A stretch of 64,000 bases of DNA from a virus (taxonomy: Duplodnaviria > Heunggongvirae > Uroviricota > Caudoviricetes): IMG/VR virus record IMGVR_UViG_3300031555_002904. One strand, 5' to 3'. Positions 20,852 to 30,938 of the stretch are shown here, one piece after another. The notes under the pieces were generated by a model that did not search any database, was not told the origin of the DNA, and saw only the letters and a program-made list of their open reading frames with translations. The position numbers and the translations under genes are program-made. Each line of letters begins with the position of its first letter. Position 1 is the stretch's first letter.

Positions 20852-21823
20852 ATGGCAATTGATTTGTTGGCTTTACAGCCTCATAAAGTTTCTCGTGACC
20901 TTAGTGGTTACATCACATATATCTACGGCGCTCCTAAGTGCGGCAAGACCACTCTTGCCGCCCAGATGGAGAAGCCTTTGCTTCTCGCCTTCGAGCCTGG
21001 TTACCACGCTCTGCCTGGCGTAATGGCACAGGATGTTACTTCCTGGGCTGAAATGAAGCAGGTTTATCGTCAGTTGAAAATGCCTGAGGTCCAGGCTATG
21101 TATCGTTGTGTTATTATCGACACTATCGACATCGCTGCTGACCGTTGCAAGAAGTATATCTGCAATCAGAATGGTATCGAGGACTTGGGCGATCTGGGTT
21201 ATGGTAAGGGTTGGACCAAGTTTAAAGAAGAGTTCAACGAAGTCTTCCGTGGTTTGACTCAGCTCGGCTATGCTGTGTTCTTTATCGGGCACGAAAAGCT
21301 GGAAGTTGTCGACAATCCCGATGGCACTAAGACTACTAAGATTCGTCCTCAGTTGAGCAACTCCACCAAGACTGTTATCGCTGGTATGGCTGACATTTAT
21401 GGTTATGCCCACCAGAAGGCAGCTGGTGAGATGTCTGTTCTGACTCTGCGTGATGGTTCCGGTATCATTGAGTGCGGCTGCCGCTTCAAGTATATGCCCG
21501 TTGAAATTGTTATGAGTTACAAGAACCTCGTCAATGCTTTGAATGAAGCTATTGATAAGGAAGCTGAGGAGACTAATAATATGTTCGTTACTAACGAGCG
21601 CATTGTGGCTCCTACTGAGATATCTTATGACTATGATGCTCTGATGGCTGAATTCCAGGATCTGGTAGGCCAGTTGATGAGCCGTGGCACTACCAACGGC
21701 CCCAAGATTACTGCTATTGTTGAGAAGTATCTGGGTAAGGGCAAGAAGGTTAGCGACACCATTCCTGAGCAGGCTGAATTCGTAAGTCTGATCGTAAGCG
21801 ACATCAAAGCTGACCTCATGTAA
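20852..21823 (+). CDS. AAA_24 / Sak4-like recombination ATPase
   Basis: YIYGAPKCGKTT, VIIDTID, GYGKG, FFIGHE. Confidence 0.85.
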   Translation: MAIDLLALQPHKVSRDLSGYITYIYGAPKCGKTTLAAQMEKPLLLAFEPGYHALPGVMAQDVTSWAEMKQVYRQLKMPEVQAMYRCVIIDTIDIAADRCKKYICNQNGIEDLGDLGYGKGWTKFKEEFNEVFRGLTQLGYAVFFIGHEKLEVVDNPDGTKTTKIRPQLSNSTKTVIAGMADIYGYAHQKAAGEMSVLTLRDGSGIIECGCRFKYMPVEIVMSYKNLVNALNEAIDKEAEETNNMFVTNERIVAPTEISYDYDALMAEFQDLVGQLMSRGTTNGPKITAIVEKYLGKGKKVSDTIPEQAEFVSLIVSDIKADLM

Positions 21824-21831
21824 GAATTTGT

Positions 21832-21868
21832 ATCAGGTCGGGGCGTTCCGCTCCGACTTGATTTTTTT
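21832..21868 (+). terminator. Intrinsic terminator overlapping the -35 of the next sigmaA promoter (TTGATT 21858, TATAAT 21881)
   Basis: ATCAGGTCGGGGCG-ttc-CGCTCCGACTTGAT followed by a T run. Confidence 0.75.
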
Positions 21869-21919
21869 ATAATTTTTTGGTATAATATAGTATAAGAAAA
21901 TTGAGAAAGGAGCATCATA

Positions 21920-22582
21920 GTGGCACACATAGTAACTTGCCCGTATTGTAAAATAAGATTCGATCGTGATAAGGAAGAATATGCCCTTGTCTCTGCGCGT
22001 CGATACGCCCACGCCGCATGTATGCTTCGTGAAGCAGAAAAAGACCCGAATTATGTAAAGAAAGAAATTATTGATCCAAACGATAATGTAGTTTGTGCTT
22101 ATTGTAAAAAGCCAATGTCTAAAAAAGACGAAGATTGTGTTATGGTTGGCAATAATAAGTACGTGCATAAAGCGTGTCAAGAGTTGGAAGAGCATCGAGA
22201 AAAAACAGATAGAGAAAAACTGGAAGAATATATCAAAGAATTATTCCAAGTTTCATATATCGAGCCTCGTGTCAAAGCACAAATCAAGAAGTATGTAGAA
22301 GAATATAATTACACATATTCTGGTATGCAAAAAGCCTTATATTATCACTATGAAATAAAAGGTGGGGATAAATCCAAAGCCAATGGTGGCATTGGTATTG
22401 TTCCATATGTATATCAAAATGCTTATAACTATTTCTATGAATTGTGGTTAGCTCAACAGAAGAATAAAGATGTGCAAATTGAATTATATCAGCCGAGAGT
22501 CAAGGAAATTGTCATTCCTCGACCCGAGCGTAAAGTAAAAAAACGTCCATTATTTACATTTTTGGACGAGGAAGGGGAATGA
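21920..22582 (+). CDS. Double zinc-finger protein, possible helicase loader/initiator
   Basis: Two CxxC...HxxC units; coupled to dnaB. Confidence 0.6.
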   Translation: MAHIVTCPYCKIRFDRDKEEYALVSARRYAHAACMLREAEKDPNYVKKEIIDPNDNVVCAYCKKPMSKKDEDCVMVGNNKYVHKACQELEEHREKTDREKLEEYIKELFQVSYIEPRVKAQIKKYVEEYNYTYSGMQKALYYHYEIKGGDKSKANGGIGIVPYVYQNAYNYFYELWLAQQKNKDVQIELYQPRVKEIVIPRPERKVKKRPLFTFLDEEGE

Positions 22583-22585
22583 TGA

Positions 22586-25218
22586 ATGGCGTCTAAATAC
22601 GTCGATACAACAGCTATAATGTAGGTTATTGGCTGTGTTTTCAATACTCCTCAACTTTTGGAAATTACTGATAGGTATTCAATCGTTGATGAAGATTTCG
22701 CCGATCCGTTTCACAAAACGATTTTCGGTGCAATTTATAAAATCCATGAGTTAGGTGCGAATAAAATTACATTAGAAAGCATTTCTGATTTCTTCGCATC
22801 TCGACCCAAGAGCGCGGCTGTATATAAGCAAGGGAAGGGCGAAGAATGGCTACTCAAGGTATCTGAGAGTAGTATTCCATCAGCCTTCGATTATTATTAC
22901 GGTCGTTTGAAAAAATTCTCTCTATTGAGAGCATTTGATAACTGCGGCATTGATGTTACTGACATTTATGACCCAGATAATATTTTGGATGTAAAGAAGA
23001 AACAACTTCAAGAGGATCAATTAGATAATTCTTCACTGGAACAGATTGCTGATATTGTCGATGCGAAGATTGATAATATTAGATTGCAATATGTTGATGA
23101 TGCTTTTGGTGAAGCTCAACAAGCCGGTGAAGGTATTTTTGATTTGATTGAGAAATTCAAACAGCATCCAGAAGTCGGTGTACCTCTATATGGTCCGCTA
23201 ATCAATACAGTTACTCGAGGCGCAAGACTGAAGAAATTTTACTTGCGGTCTGCGGCTACTGGTATCGGTAAGACCCGTTCAATGATTGCGGATTGCTGCT
23301 ACATCGGCTGCAATAAGATATATGATGAAACATTTGGTTGGATTGGCAGCGGTCCTGCAGAGCCAGTCTTATTTATCACGACCGAGCAGGAGCTTGAAGA
23401 AATCCAAACTATGATGTTGGCATTTTTATCAAATGTAAATGAGGAACATATTCTAAATGGTGAGTATGGTGAGGGTGAGGAAGAGCGTGTTATGCAGGCT
23501 GCTAAACTCTTGAAAGAAAGTCCTATTTATGTTGAAGAATTACCAGATTTCTCATTGAAAGATGTAGAAGATAAGATAAAGAAAAATATTCGTGAGCACG
23601 ATGTAAAATATGTGTTCAACCCTATTAAAAGGGTGTTGGGACAATGAAACACTTTTCCGCTAATCAGCGGGGTACCTGCGGCGGGCCCGGTCAAAGACCG
23701 GCGAACCGAGCAACCGCAAGTGCTAACGGGGAACCCTAAACAGTAATGCATGGGAATCCCGTGGGAAACTTTGGACGGAACTAGTCAATTGAGCTTTGAC
23801 TTCTTTCATACTATAATGAAAGGAGTGGTTCTATGGGAATTATTTATTGTTTTACAAATAATGTAAATGGTAAAAAATATATCGGACAATCCATTAGCAA
23901 AGGTAATGCTCGATATAATAATCATAAAAGCAGTTATAAAAATCCAGATGATTGTGAATATGAATCTCCACTTCATCGAGCATTCCGCAAACACGGATTT
24001 GAAAATTTTACTTATGAAGTATTAGCACAAGATGTTGAAAATATTGATTTATTAAATCAATTAGAAATTCAATATATTCAACAATATAATTGTCAAATAC
24101 CAAATGGTTATAATATTGAACCCGGCGGTAAAAATTGTGCTAAACCCAAAACAATAGAGCATAGAAAGAAAGAAATTTGGGCTCAAGCGAAATTGACAGA
24201 AGAAGAAGTTATTGAATTAAGAAAGGCATATCAAAGAAAAGAAAGTCCTACTAAAATATATAAAGAAAAGTATGAAGATATAATGCATTATAATTCTTTT
24301 CTAAATATTTGGTCTGGACGAAGATATGCTCTTATTATGCCAGAAGTATTTGAAAATGGACGTCATACAAAACTCAATGCTGAAACTGTAAAACTTATTA
24401 GAAAGGATAGAGAAGAAACAAATCTTTCTTATGATAAGTTAGCAGAGAAGTATGGCATTTCAAAAGGCACTATTGCTGACATAATCAAAAAACGAACTTG
24501 GAAAGATGTCTAAAGAACCTGTATCGACTATCCCCCAGGCCTTCTGGGCGGGGGAGTAGGGGTGCTATTGATACGCACTTGGATTTTAGGAAACGAAGTC
24601 CATTAAATGCCGAAACGGTGTCCTGCGGGACCCGGTCAGCCGTTCGCTGAACCGGGGCGACCGCAGTAAAAGATAGTCAGCGCTTATAGAAATATAAGAG
24701 TCCGTTGCCACGATTATATTCATACGAGTTTGAAAATTTTGGAAGAAATCACTAAGCGTTCTGGTGGTGTCAAACTGAGAGAAGATAATATCTTGTTTAT
24801 GTTATCTACTCGATTGAAAGATATCTGCAACCAACATGGTGTGTTTATCATGTCAGCCACTCAGTTGAACGGTGATTACCAGGATAGTAAAACTCCAGAC
24901 CAGAACTTACTGCGTGGTGCGAAAGCTATCGCAGATAAGATTGACTATGGCTCCATTCTTCTTTCTGTAAAAGATGATGATTTGGTAGCCTTAGAAAATA
25001 TATTATCCTCTAATATTTTTGAAAGACCTACAATTAAGATGTCAATTTACAAAAATAGACGAGGTAGATATAAGGGCGTAATTTTATGGTGTAAGGCAGA
25101 TTTGGGCGTGTGTCGTATTAAACCAATGTTCTGCACTACCTATGATTATGAAATGGTGAGTATTGACGATGTTCGTATTAGAATTGACGAAGAATCAGCC
25201 TTCGAGTGCGAAGAGTAA
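22586..25218 (+). CDS. dnaB: Replicative DNA helicase, 513 aa; join(22586..23616,24708..25218) (code 15)
   Basis: ATG 22586, TAG at codon 13; SAATGIGKT Walker A; splicing restores KYVFHDYIH (Walker B); exon 2 has ATQLN and RGAKAIADKID. Confidence 0.9.
23617..24707 (+). mobile_element. Group I self-splicing intron in dnaB
   Basis: Exon 1 ends in U, which can form a U-G pair in P1 (TGTT|C with GGACA); intron ends in G; P7 GACTATC/GATAGTC; P4-like ACGGGGAA/AATCCCGT; P6a CTTTGGAC/GTCTAAAG encloses the ORF; removal restores the frame. Confidence 0.88.
23833..24513 (+). CDS. Intron-encoded GIY-YIG homing endonuclease with C-terminal HTH repeats
   Basis: GIIYCFTN..NGKKYIGQS, E..YI, NGYN; C-terminal LSYDKLAEKYGISKGTIADI. 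Confidence 0.9.
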   Translation: MGIIYCFTNNVNGKKYIGQSISKGNARYNNHKSSYKNPDDCEYESPLHRAFRKHGFENFTYEVLAQDVENIDLLNQLEIQYIQQYNCQIPNGYNIEPGGKNCAKPKTIEHRKKEIWAQAKLTEEEVIELRKAYQRKESPTKIYKEKYEDIMHYNSFLNIWSGRRYALIMPEVFENGRHTKLNAETVKLIRKDREETNLSYDKLAEKYGISKGTIADIIKKRTWKDV

Positions 25219-25294
25219 TCGAGGGCTGAGAGCAAAAGCTAATTTGTTACATGATTCCGATTTTGGAATTGTAAATAAGAAGGAGATAAATGAA

Positions 25295-25612
25295 ATGGCT
25301 GATTTTGTAAAAAACGATAAGAGAAATAACAACAACGGTAAGAAGAACTTCAATCGCAACAACAACCGCCCCAATAACAAGCCTAACAATGGTTTTACCG
25401 GCAAGAAGCGTGACACTGTGCCCGCTCCCGATGTTTGCGCCGGCACCGTCGAGTACAAGATGGGTAAGCTGATGGCTGATGAAATCCTCAAGGCTGCCAA
25501 GGGTAAGAGTGGCAAGTTACCCAAGCCCGCACATGAGATTCTGTGCGATTATGTAAATACTCAGATGGGTCTGAAAGGATACTGCGTCAAGGTTCTTGTT
25601 GATATCAACTAA
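25295..25612 (+). CDS. Small basic protein with an Asn/Lys/Arg-rich N-terminus
   Basis: AAGGAG RBS; KNDKRNNNNGKKNFNRNNNRPNNKPNNG; highly-expressed codon bias. Confidence 0.7.
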   Translation: MADFVKNDKRNNNNGKKNFNRNNNRPNNKPNNGFTGKKRDTVPAPDVCAGTVEYKMGKLMADEILKAAKGKSGKLPKPAHEILCDYVNTQMGLKGYCVKVLVDIN

Positions 25613-26715
25613 TGTTGGTATTTGATAAAACCAAAATCCGTGAGGCTCTCACCGACGAAAATGTATTCGATTTACTTCAAGAATGGGGCGGAGATCCGAG
25701 TCGAGACACATTCGGCTTCGTCTCCGCTACCATCTGTCACAACCCTCCTGGTGAAGGTAGTAGAAAGCTATATTACTATGAAAACACCGGCTTGTTCCGC
25801 TGCTACACTGGCTGCGATAGTTATTTCGATATTTTCGAGTTGACAGCCAAGGTCGCTCAGATTCAATGGCATAGAGAGTTCGACCTAAATGACGCAGTAA
25901 GGTGGATCGCTCAAAGATTTGGATTTTCTGGCGACCATGAAAATAGACCAGAAGATGAAGATTTAGACGATTGGAAATACCTAGCTAACTACGAGCGAAT
26001 TCAAGATATTGAGGTGAAGGATAACTCGGTTATCCTAAAAGAATATGAAAATGGTATATTGGAACGCTTCAACTACTCGCTGAAGATAGGTCCCTGGTTG
26101 CGAGAGGGTATTACTCAGGCCGCATTAGACCAAGCAAAAATTGGTTTTTATCCAGGAGGCGACCAAATCACAATTCCGCATTTCGATAAAGATGGTCGAT
26201 TTGTGGGACTGCGCGGACGCACCCTGTGTGCGGAAGAGGGCGAGCGTTTTGGTAAGTATAGACCGATGCGTATAAACGGACAATTATATAATCATCCTCT
26301 TGGAATGAACTTATATAACTTTAATAACAGTCGTAAGAATATTGGTGTTATGAAAAAAGCGATTATTTTTGAAGGAGAAAAATCTTGTCTGTTATATCAA
26401 TCATATTTCGGATTAGAAAATGATATATCGGTTGCGTGTTGCGGTTCAAGCGTATCGGCTTGTCAGATTCAAATGCTCTTAGACGCTGGCGCAGAAGAGA
26501 TTATAATTGCGTTTGATCGCCAGTTCCAAGAAATTGGTGATGAAGAATTCAAGCATTTGAAAATGAATTTATTGCGATTAAGAACAAAATATAAGAACTA
26601 TGCAACAATATCTTTTATATTCGATAAAAATAAAATTACAGGATACAAGGACTCGCCGATCGACTGCGGGCCGCAAGTATTCCTGCAACTATTCAAAGAG
26701 AGGATAGTGTTGTAA
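25612..26715 (+). CDS. dnaG: DNA primase
   Basis: CH..P.......LYYY...GLF.CY..C Zn finger; ITIPHFD..GRFVG.RGR; IFEGEKS and IAFD TOPRIM motifs. Confidence 0.9.
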   Translation: MLVFDKTKIREALTDENVFDLLQEWGGDPSRDTFGFVSATICHNPPGEGSRKLYYYENTGLFRCYTGCDSYFDIFELTAKVAQIQWHREFDLNDAVRWIAQRFGFSGDHENRPEDEDLDDWKYLANYERIQDIEVKDNSVILKEYENGILERFNYSLKIGPWLREGITQAALDQAKIGFYPGGDQITIPHFDKDGRFVGLRGRTLCAEEGERFGKYRPMRINGQLYNHPLGMNLYNFNNSRKNIGVMKKAIIFEGEKSCLLYQSYFGLENDISVACCGSSVSACQIQMLLDAGAEEIIIAFDRQFQEIGDEEFKHLKMNLLRLRTKYKNYATISFIFDKNKITGYKDSPIDCGPQVFLQLFKERIVL

Positions 26716-27035
26716 TGTACGACCTAAATGAAGTATTCAAAAATGGTCCATAGGACATTCAAGAGCGCATGGATGTAATTGCTAATACCATTGACGGTAT
26801 TATGAAATTGCAAAGTGAGCTTCAAGCGCTAGGCTATTGGTGTCCTCACTGTCAGAGATGGTATTATCAAGATGATTGTGGACTTCGAGAAAAAACATAT
26901 ACTAAACTCATTTGTACTAATCCCTTCCAAGGATATTTAGATCCTTATGAGTATGAAGAGCGTACAGTTCACGACTGGTATGATATTTGCCCCGAAGGCC
27001 ATGAAATTAGTAGTAAACCGAGGTTCCAGCTATGA
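26715..27035 (+). CDS. Zn-ribbon-like hypothetical protein, 106 aa (code 15)
   Basis: ATG 26715, one TAG, CPHC and further Cys/His. Confidence 0.55.
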
Positions 27036-27388
27036 GAGGAATTATTTGGGCCTATGAAAGTGATGGGGCGAATGAAAAATTACTTGAAATTGAAGAGCAG
27101 TATGCTCGAATGGATATTAAACCAATAAGACGAGTAATTAGTAAATCTGCAGGCTCTTGGATTTTATTCGATAATGATGATATTTGGAGAGTTGTGCGCG
27201 CCTCGGATAGCGGACGAGGTCACTCGGCAAATGTGTCTTATATCGACCGCCGCATTTCTCAAGAAGCAATCAACACCATTATTAAGCCAGCAACTAAGGC
27301 TATGCCTTATCAATCATTTCGTTTTTATCTTCCTTCCTCTTATGACTGGACGAGAGAGGATGAAGAAATTGAAGCAAAATTCATATAA
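27032..27388 (+). CDS. Hypothetical protein
   Basis: 118 aa, overlapping start/stop, GAGG RBS. Confidence 0.6.
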   Translation: MRGIIWAYESDGANEKLLEIEEQYARMDIKPIRRVISKSAGSWILFDNDDIWRVVRASDSGRGHSANVSYIDRRISQEAINTIIKPATKAMPYQSFRFYLPSSYDWTREDEEIEAKFI

Positions 27389-27429
27389 TAAGTTAGTGGT
27401 GATCTACATGAAAGGAGGTTGAATACTTT

Positions 27430-29169
27430 ATGGAGTATCAACTTATTGTACCTAATATCCCGCTGGAGAAATAGCTAACAGCGGTCGAATAGGTACTTGC
27501 CAACCGGGGCATTGTACCGGCGAATGTAGAACACTATCTACATACTACTGATGCAGATATTTTAGACCCAAAAATTCTTATGAATATCCAAGAGGGTGTA
27601 AAACTTCTCATCAAACATATCGCACAAAATGACAAAGTTCTAATTCAGATTGATAGCGACTGTGATGGTTATACAAGTGCGGCCGCCCTTATCAACTATC
27701 TGAATTGTCTATTCCCCGGTTTTGTGTAGAACAATGTATATTATCGTATCCATACGGGGAAACAGCACGGCATTATTCTTGATACTGTTCCCGCAGATGT
27801 CAAGTTAGTGATTGCGCCCGACTCAAGTTCCAATGATTATGAAGAGCATAAGACATTGGCTGAAAAAGGCGTGGATGTGCTGGTAATTGACCACCACGAA
27901 GCAGATAGTATCTCAGAACACGCCTGTATTATCAACAATCAGCTGTGTGATTATCCCACTAAGTCTTTGTCTGGTGTCGGAATGGTATATAAATTCTGTT
28001 CCTATATCGACGAGCTTATGAATGTTGATTATGCAGATCAGTTTTTAGATTTGGTCGCACTCGGAATGGTGGCCGACATGATGGATCTACGCGATTTTGA
28101 AACGAGACACCTTATCACGCGAGGACTCGAGAATATTCGCAATCCATACTTCAAGGGAATGGTAGACAAACAAGCATATTCGTTGAAAGACGGTATCAGT
28201 CCTATTGGAGTAGCTTTTTATATTGCTCCCTATGTAAATGCCACGATAAGAATGGGAACGCAGGAAGAAAAGCTCATGCTATTCGAGTCTATGCTTGACT
28301 ATCGGGGATATGAACTAGTCCCATCAACCAAAAGAGGATGTAAGGGTCAGCAGGAGACGAGAGTAGAACAGGCTTGTCGTAATTGCACTAACATCAAAAA
28401 TAGGCAAACAAAAGCAAGAGACGCAGCCTTGGAGACAATTGAACGCATAATCAAAGAGAAAAATCTGTTAGAGAATAAGATTTTGGCTATCAAATTAGAT
28501 ACTTTTGCGGCCGATAAAAACCTTACTGGTTTGATTGCAAACCAGCTAATGGCGAAATATCAACGCCCAGTACTTCTACTTAATAAGACAGAAGATGGCT
28601 GGGAGGGTTCAGGAAGAGGATACGATAAATCGAAATTTGATAACCTCCGTGAGTTTTTGAAAGATAGTGAATTGGTAATGTATGCAGAAGGTCACGCCAA
28701 CGCATTGGGTGTTGGTATCACTGATGCAAACTTTACTCAATTTGTAAATTACTCCAATCACGCTTTGGCAGATTTTGACTTTACCCCTTGTTATAAGGTT
28801 GATTTCATTTTCCACGGTGATGATTTCAGAGGAAAAGACATTGTGGAAATTGCTGAACTCAAATCTTTATGGGGCCAAGGAGTAGATGAACCTCTGGTTG
28901 CCATCGAACATATCAATCTACATAAAGATAATATTGTTCTTATGTCACCAGACAAGAGTCCTACTCTAAAGATAACCTTACCAAATGGTACGAGTTTAAT
29001 CAAATTCAAGTCGTCACAAGAGGAGTATGAAAAATTACACTCTGAAACTGGTTGTATAACCATCAATGTTGTGGGCAAGTGTGAACGCAACATATGGAAT
29101 GGTATTGTAAGTCCACAAATTATTATTGAAGATTACGAAATTGTAGGAGAACAGAAATACTATTTCTAA
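27430..29169 (+). CDS. recJ: RecJ-like ssDNA exonuclease, 579 aa (code 15)
   Basis: VLANRGI, DSDCDG, APD, IDHH, ADMM, GSGRG, GHANA.G DHH/DHHA1 motifs; TAG at codons 15, 21 and 100. Confidence 0.92.
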
Positions 29170-29202
29170 TTGACGGCCTGATAGTAATATTAGGAGGAAA
29201 TT

Positions 29203-30093
29203 ATGAAACAGAAAATTATCGGTGTATTGTTGATTATAGCCATGTTTATTAGCACTCTAAGTGTTATTGCATATGCAGCAGGTACTGTGGTCGCAGACAC
29301 CAATCCAGTTGCTACTTTTTCGGAAGATTACATCCCTTCTGAGACTACCACCTTTCCAGTAGATACTGAGTCTACTGAACCAGAAGAGGTAGTTATTGTA
29401 TTAGATACCGTGGAGTTCAAGCGTGTTGAACCTACTACATATGATGAAGCTACTTCTCTATTGGAAGAAGCTATTGCTCGCCAGGAGCTTACTGAAACCA
29501 TCTATCAAGGTTTCCTAACTCTCGGTTATGCGGACGACCATCCCGCAGTAGTATTAGCTAAAACCGATATTGAAAATGCAACAATTGAAGTTGAGTATTA
29601 CCAAGAGCAATTCTCAATTTGGGAAGAGAAACTCAAATGGGAGAAGCGTGCGGCCGAGTATCCAGTTGCTACTCAAGTCTGGCTCTATATGAAGAATGAG
29701 CTGGGTTATAGTGATACTGTGTGCGCCGGTATTATGGGTAATATGATGGCTGAGTGCGGCGGTTGCTGGACTTCCGATCTCGATTGGGACGTACATAGCT
29801 CAAGTGGTTTCGGTATGATTCAGTGGCTAGGCGGCCGCAAGCGTCAACTATTTTCAATTTACGGAGAAAATCCAAGTATTGAAGATCAGCTCAATTTTAT
29901 GCACGATGAGTTGCACGGCACTGATGGAGTTACCAAACAAGTTACAAATTGGCAACTCGAGCAAATCATGGAAGCCGACACTCCGGAAGAATGTGCCTAC
30001 GCCTTCGCTTGTTATTTCGAGCGTTGTGGTGAAGGACATAGAGCGCCTCGTAGAGGATACGCAAGACGAGCTTACGAGTATTTCGTAGGGTAA
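29203..30093 (+). CDS. Secreted lysozyme-fold cell-wall hydrolase (phage tail lysozyme-like domain)
   Basis: Signal peptide ending AYA-A, acidic linker/coiled coil, AGIMGNMMAE..., GFGMIQW.GGR, FA..FER, R..YA. Confidence 0.8.
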   Translation: MKQKIIGVLLIIAMFISTLSVIAYAAGTVVADTNPVATFSEDYIPSETTTFPVDTESTEPEEVVIVLDTVEFKRVEPTTYDEATSLLEEAIARQELTETIYQGFLTLGYADDHPAVVLAKTDIENATIEVEYYQEQFSIWEEKLKWEKRAAEYPVATQVWLYMKNELGYSDTVCAGIMGNMMAECGGCWTSDLDWDVHSSSGFGMIQWLGGRKRQLFSIYGENPSIEDQLNFMHDELHGTDGVTKQVTNWQLEQIMEADTPEECAYAFACYFERCGEGHRAPRRGYARRAYEYFVG

Positions 30094-30100
30094 GTAAATA

Positions 30101-30139
30101 GGTTATATAGGGGTTCGCCCCTATATAACCCTTATTTTT
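30101..30139 (+). terminator. Intrinsic terminator
   Basis: GGTTATATAGGGG-TTCG-CCCCTATATAACC followed by a T-rich tail. Confidence 0.85.
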
Positions 30140-30158
30140 GTTTATAGGAGATGGAAAG

Positions 30159-30602
30159 ATGGCAGTTTTGAAATAGATACAAAATGATATTATGCTAAAC
30201 TTACCAAGCGTATCAGACGCTACAATAAGTTTGAGTTCAGTGGTGGCCCAAGTCGGCTGTACCACATAGCAAATGACAGAAGCTCTGCGTAAGTTATCAG
30301 AGTTGATGCAACAGATGGATTGGGCGACTACTGAAATCACTGCCATAAAGGATTCAATGAGTGATTTGAGGTATGATGTGGATTGTGCGGATGCCGCTAA
30401 TAGCGCTCGGACAGACTTGGTAGAAATGCAAATAGACGAGCTCCGATCGGCATTGGACGCCAAGACCGAAAACTCAAATCAAAAAGGCGGTTTAGAAATT
30501 TCAAATCGAATTGTTCCCAGTGAGGATTTTCTTATTTTGGGAGATATTGGTTGGTCTGATGATATTATAAACTTAGACAAGACCAATATGTTTTTGAATT
30601 GA
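30159..30602 (+). CDS. Coiled-coil hypothetical protein, 147 aa (code 15)
   Basis: Extends track ORF 30273..30602 upstream through two TAG to ATG 30159. Confidence 0.55.
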
Positions 30603-30627
30603 TTTATATAAAATATTTTGGTATAAT
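30599..30627 (+). promoter_or_regulatory. sigmaA promoter
   Basis: TTGATT-17-TATAAT with extended TG. Confidence 0.75.
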
Positions 30628-30650
30628 AAAAATAAAAAGGTGAGAATAAA

Positions 30651-30938
30651 ATGACGGATTACGCAAAAAGTCTGAAAGAAAAATTGGATATTGTAAGATT
30701 ACCAAGAGAAGATTTCGATGAATTGGTAAAAGACCGTTTAGATTTTGGATTTGATAGTATCTATTTTAGATATGCCGAAGTCTGTGATGAATTGGCTGCG
30801 TATATGTCTAGAGCCGATCATATTGACCCCGTTGACGCGCGTCGGCGTATGAATGGTCGTAAGCAGCATTTTTATATGACATTAGAACAGCTGGTTCACG
30901 CCCATCCAAAGGAGGATGAAAATGGTACTTACTGCTAA
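30651..30938 (+). CDS. Hypothetical protein
   Basis: 95-aa ORF directly after the promoter, AAGGTG RBS. Confidence 0.6.
   Translation: MTDYAKSLKEKLDIVRLPREDFDELVKDRLDFGFDSIYFRYAEVCDELAAYMSRADHIDPVDARRRMNGRKQHFYMTLEQLVHAHPKEDENGTYC

Noticed and set aside
19926-20858. 310-aa antisense ORF and similar long shadow ORFs (e.g. 11750..12166, 18482..18955, 20873..21412, 29966..30463, 45749..46189)
   Set aside because: They mirror strongly codon-biased real genes and have no RBS or recognisable motifs.
29169-29202. Riboswitch upstream of the cell-wall hydrolase
   Set aside because: Only about 33 nt of intergenic space, too short for a c-di-AMP-type aptamer.
30101-30139. tRNA or suppressor tRNA (GGTTCG resembles a T-loop)
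   Set aside because: It is a single perfect hairpin with a T tail, i.e. a terminator. I found no cloverleaf anywhere in the window, though a manual scan is not exhaustive.
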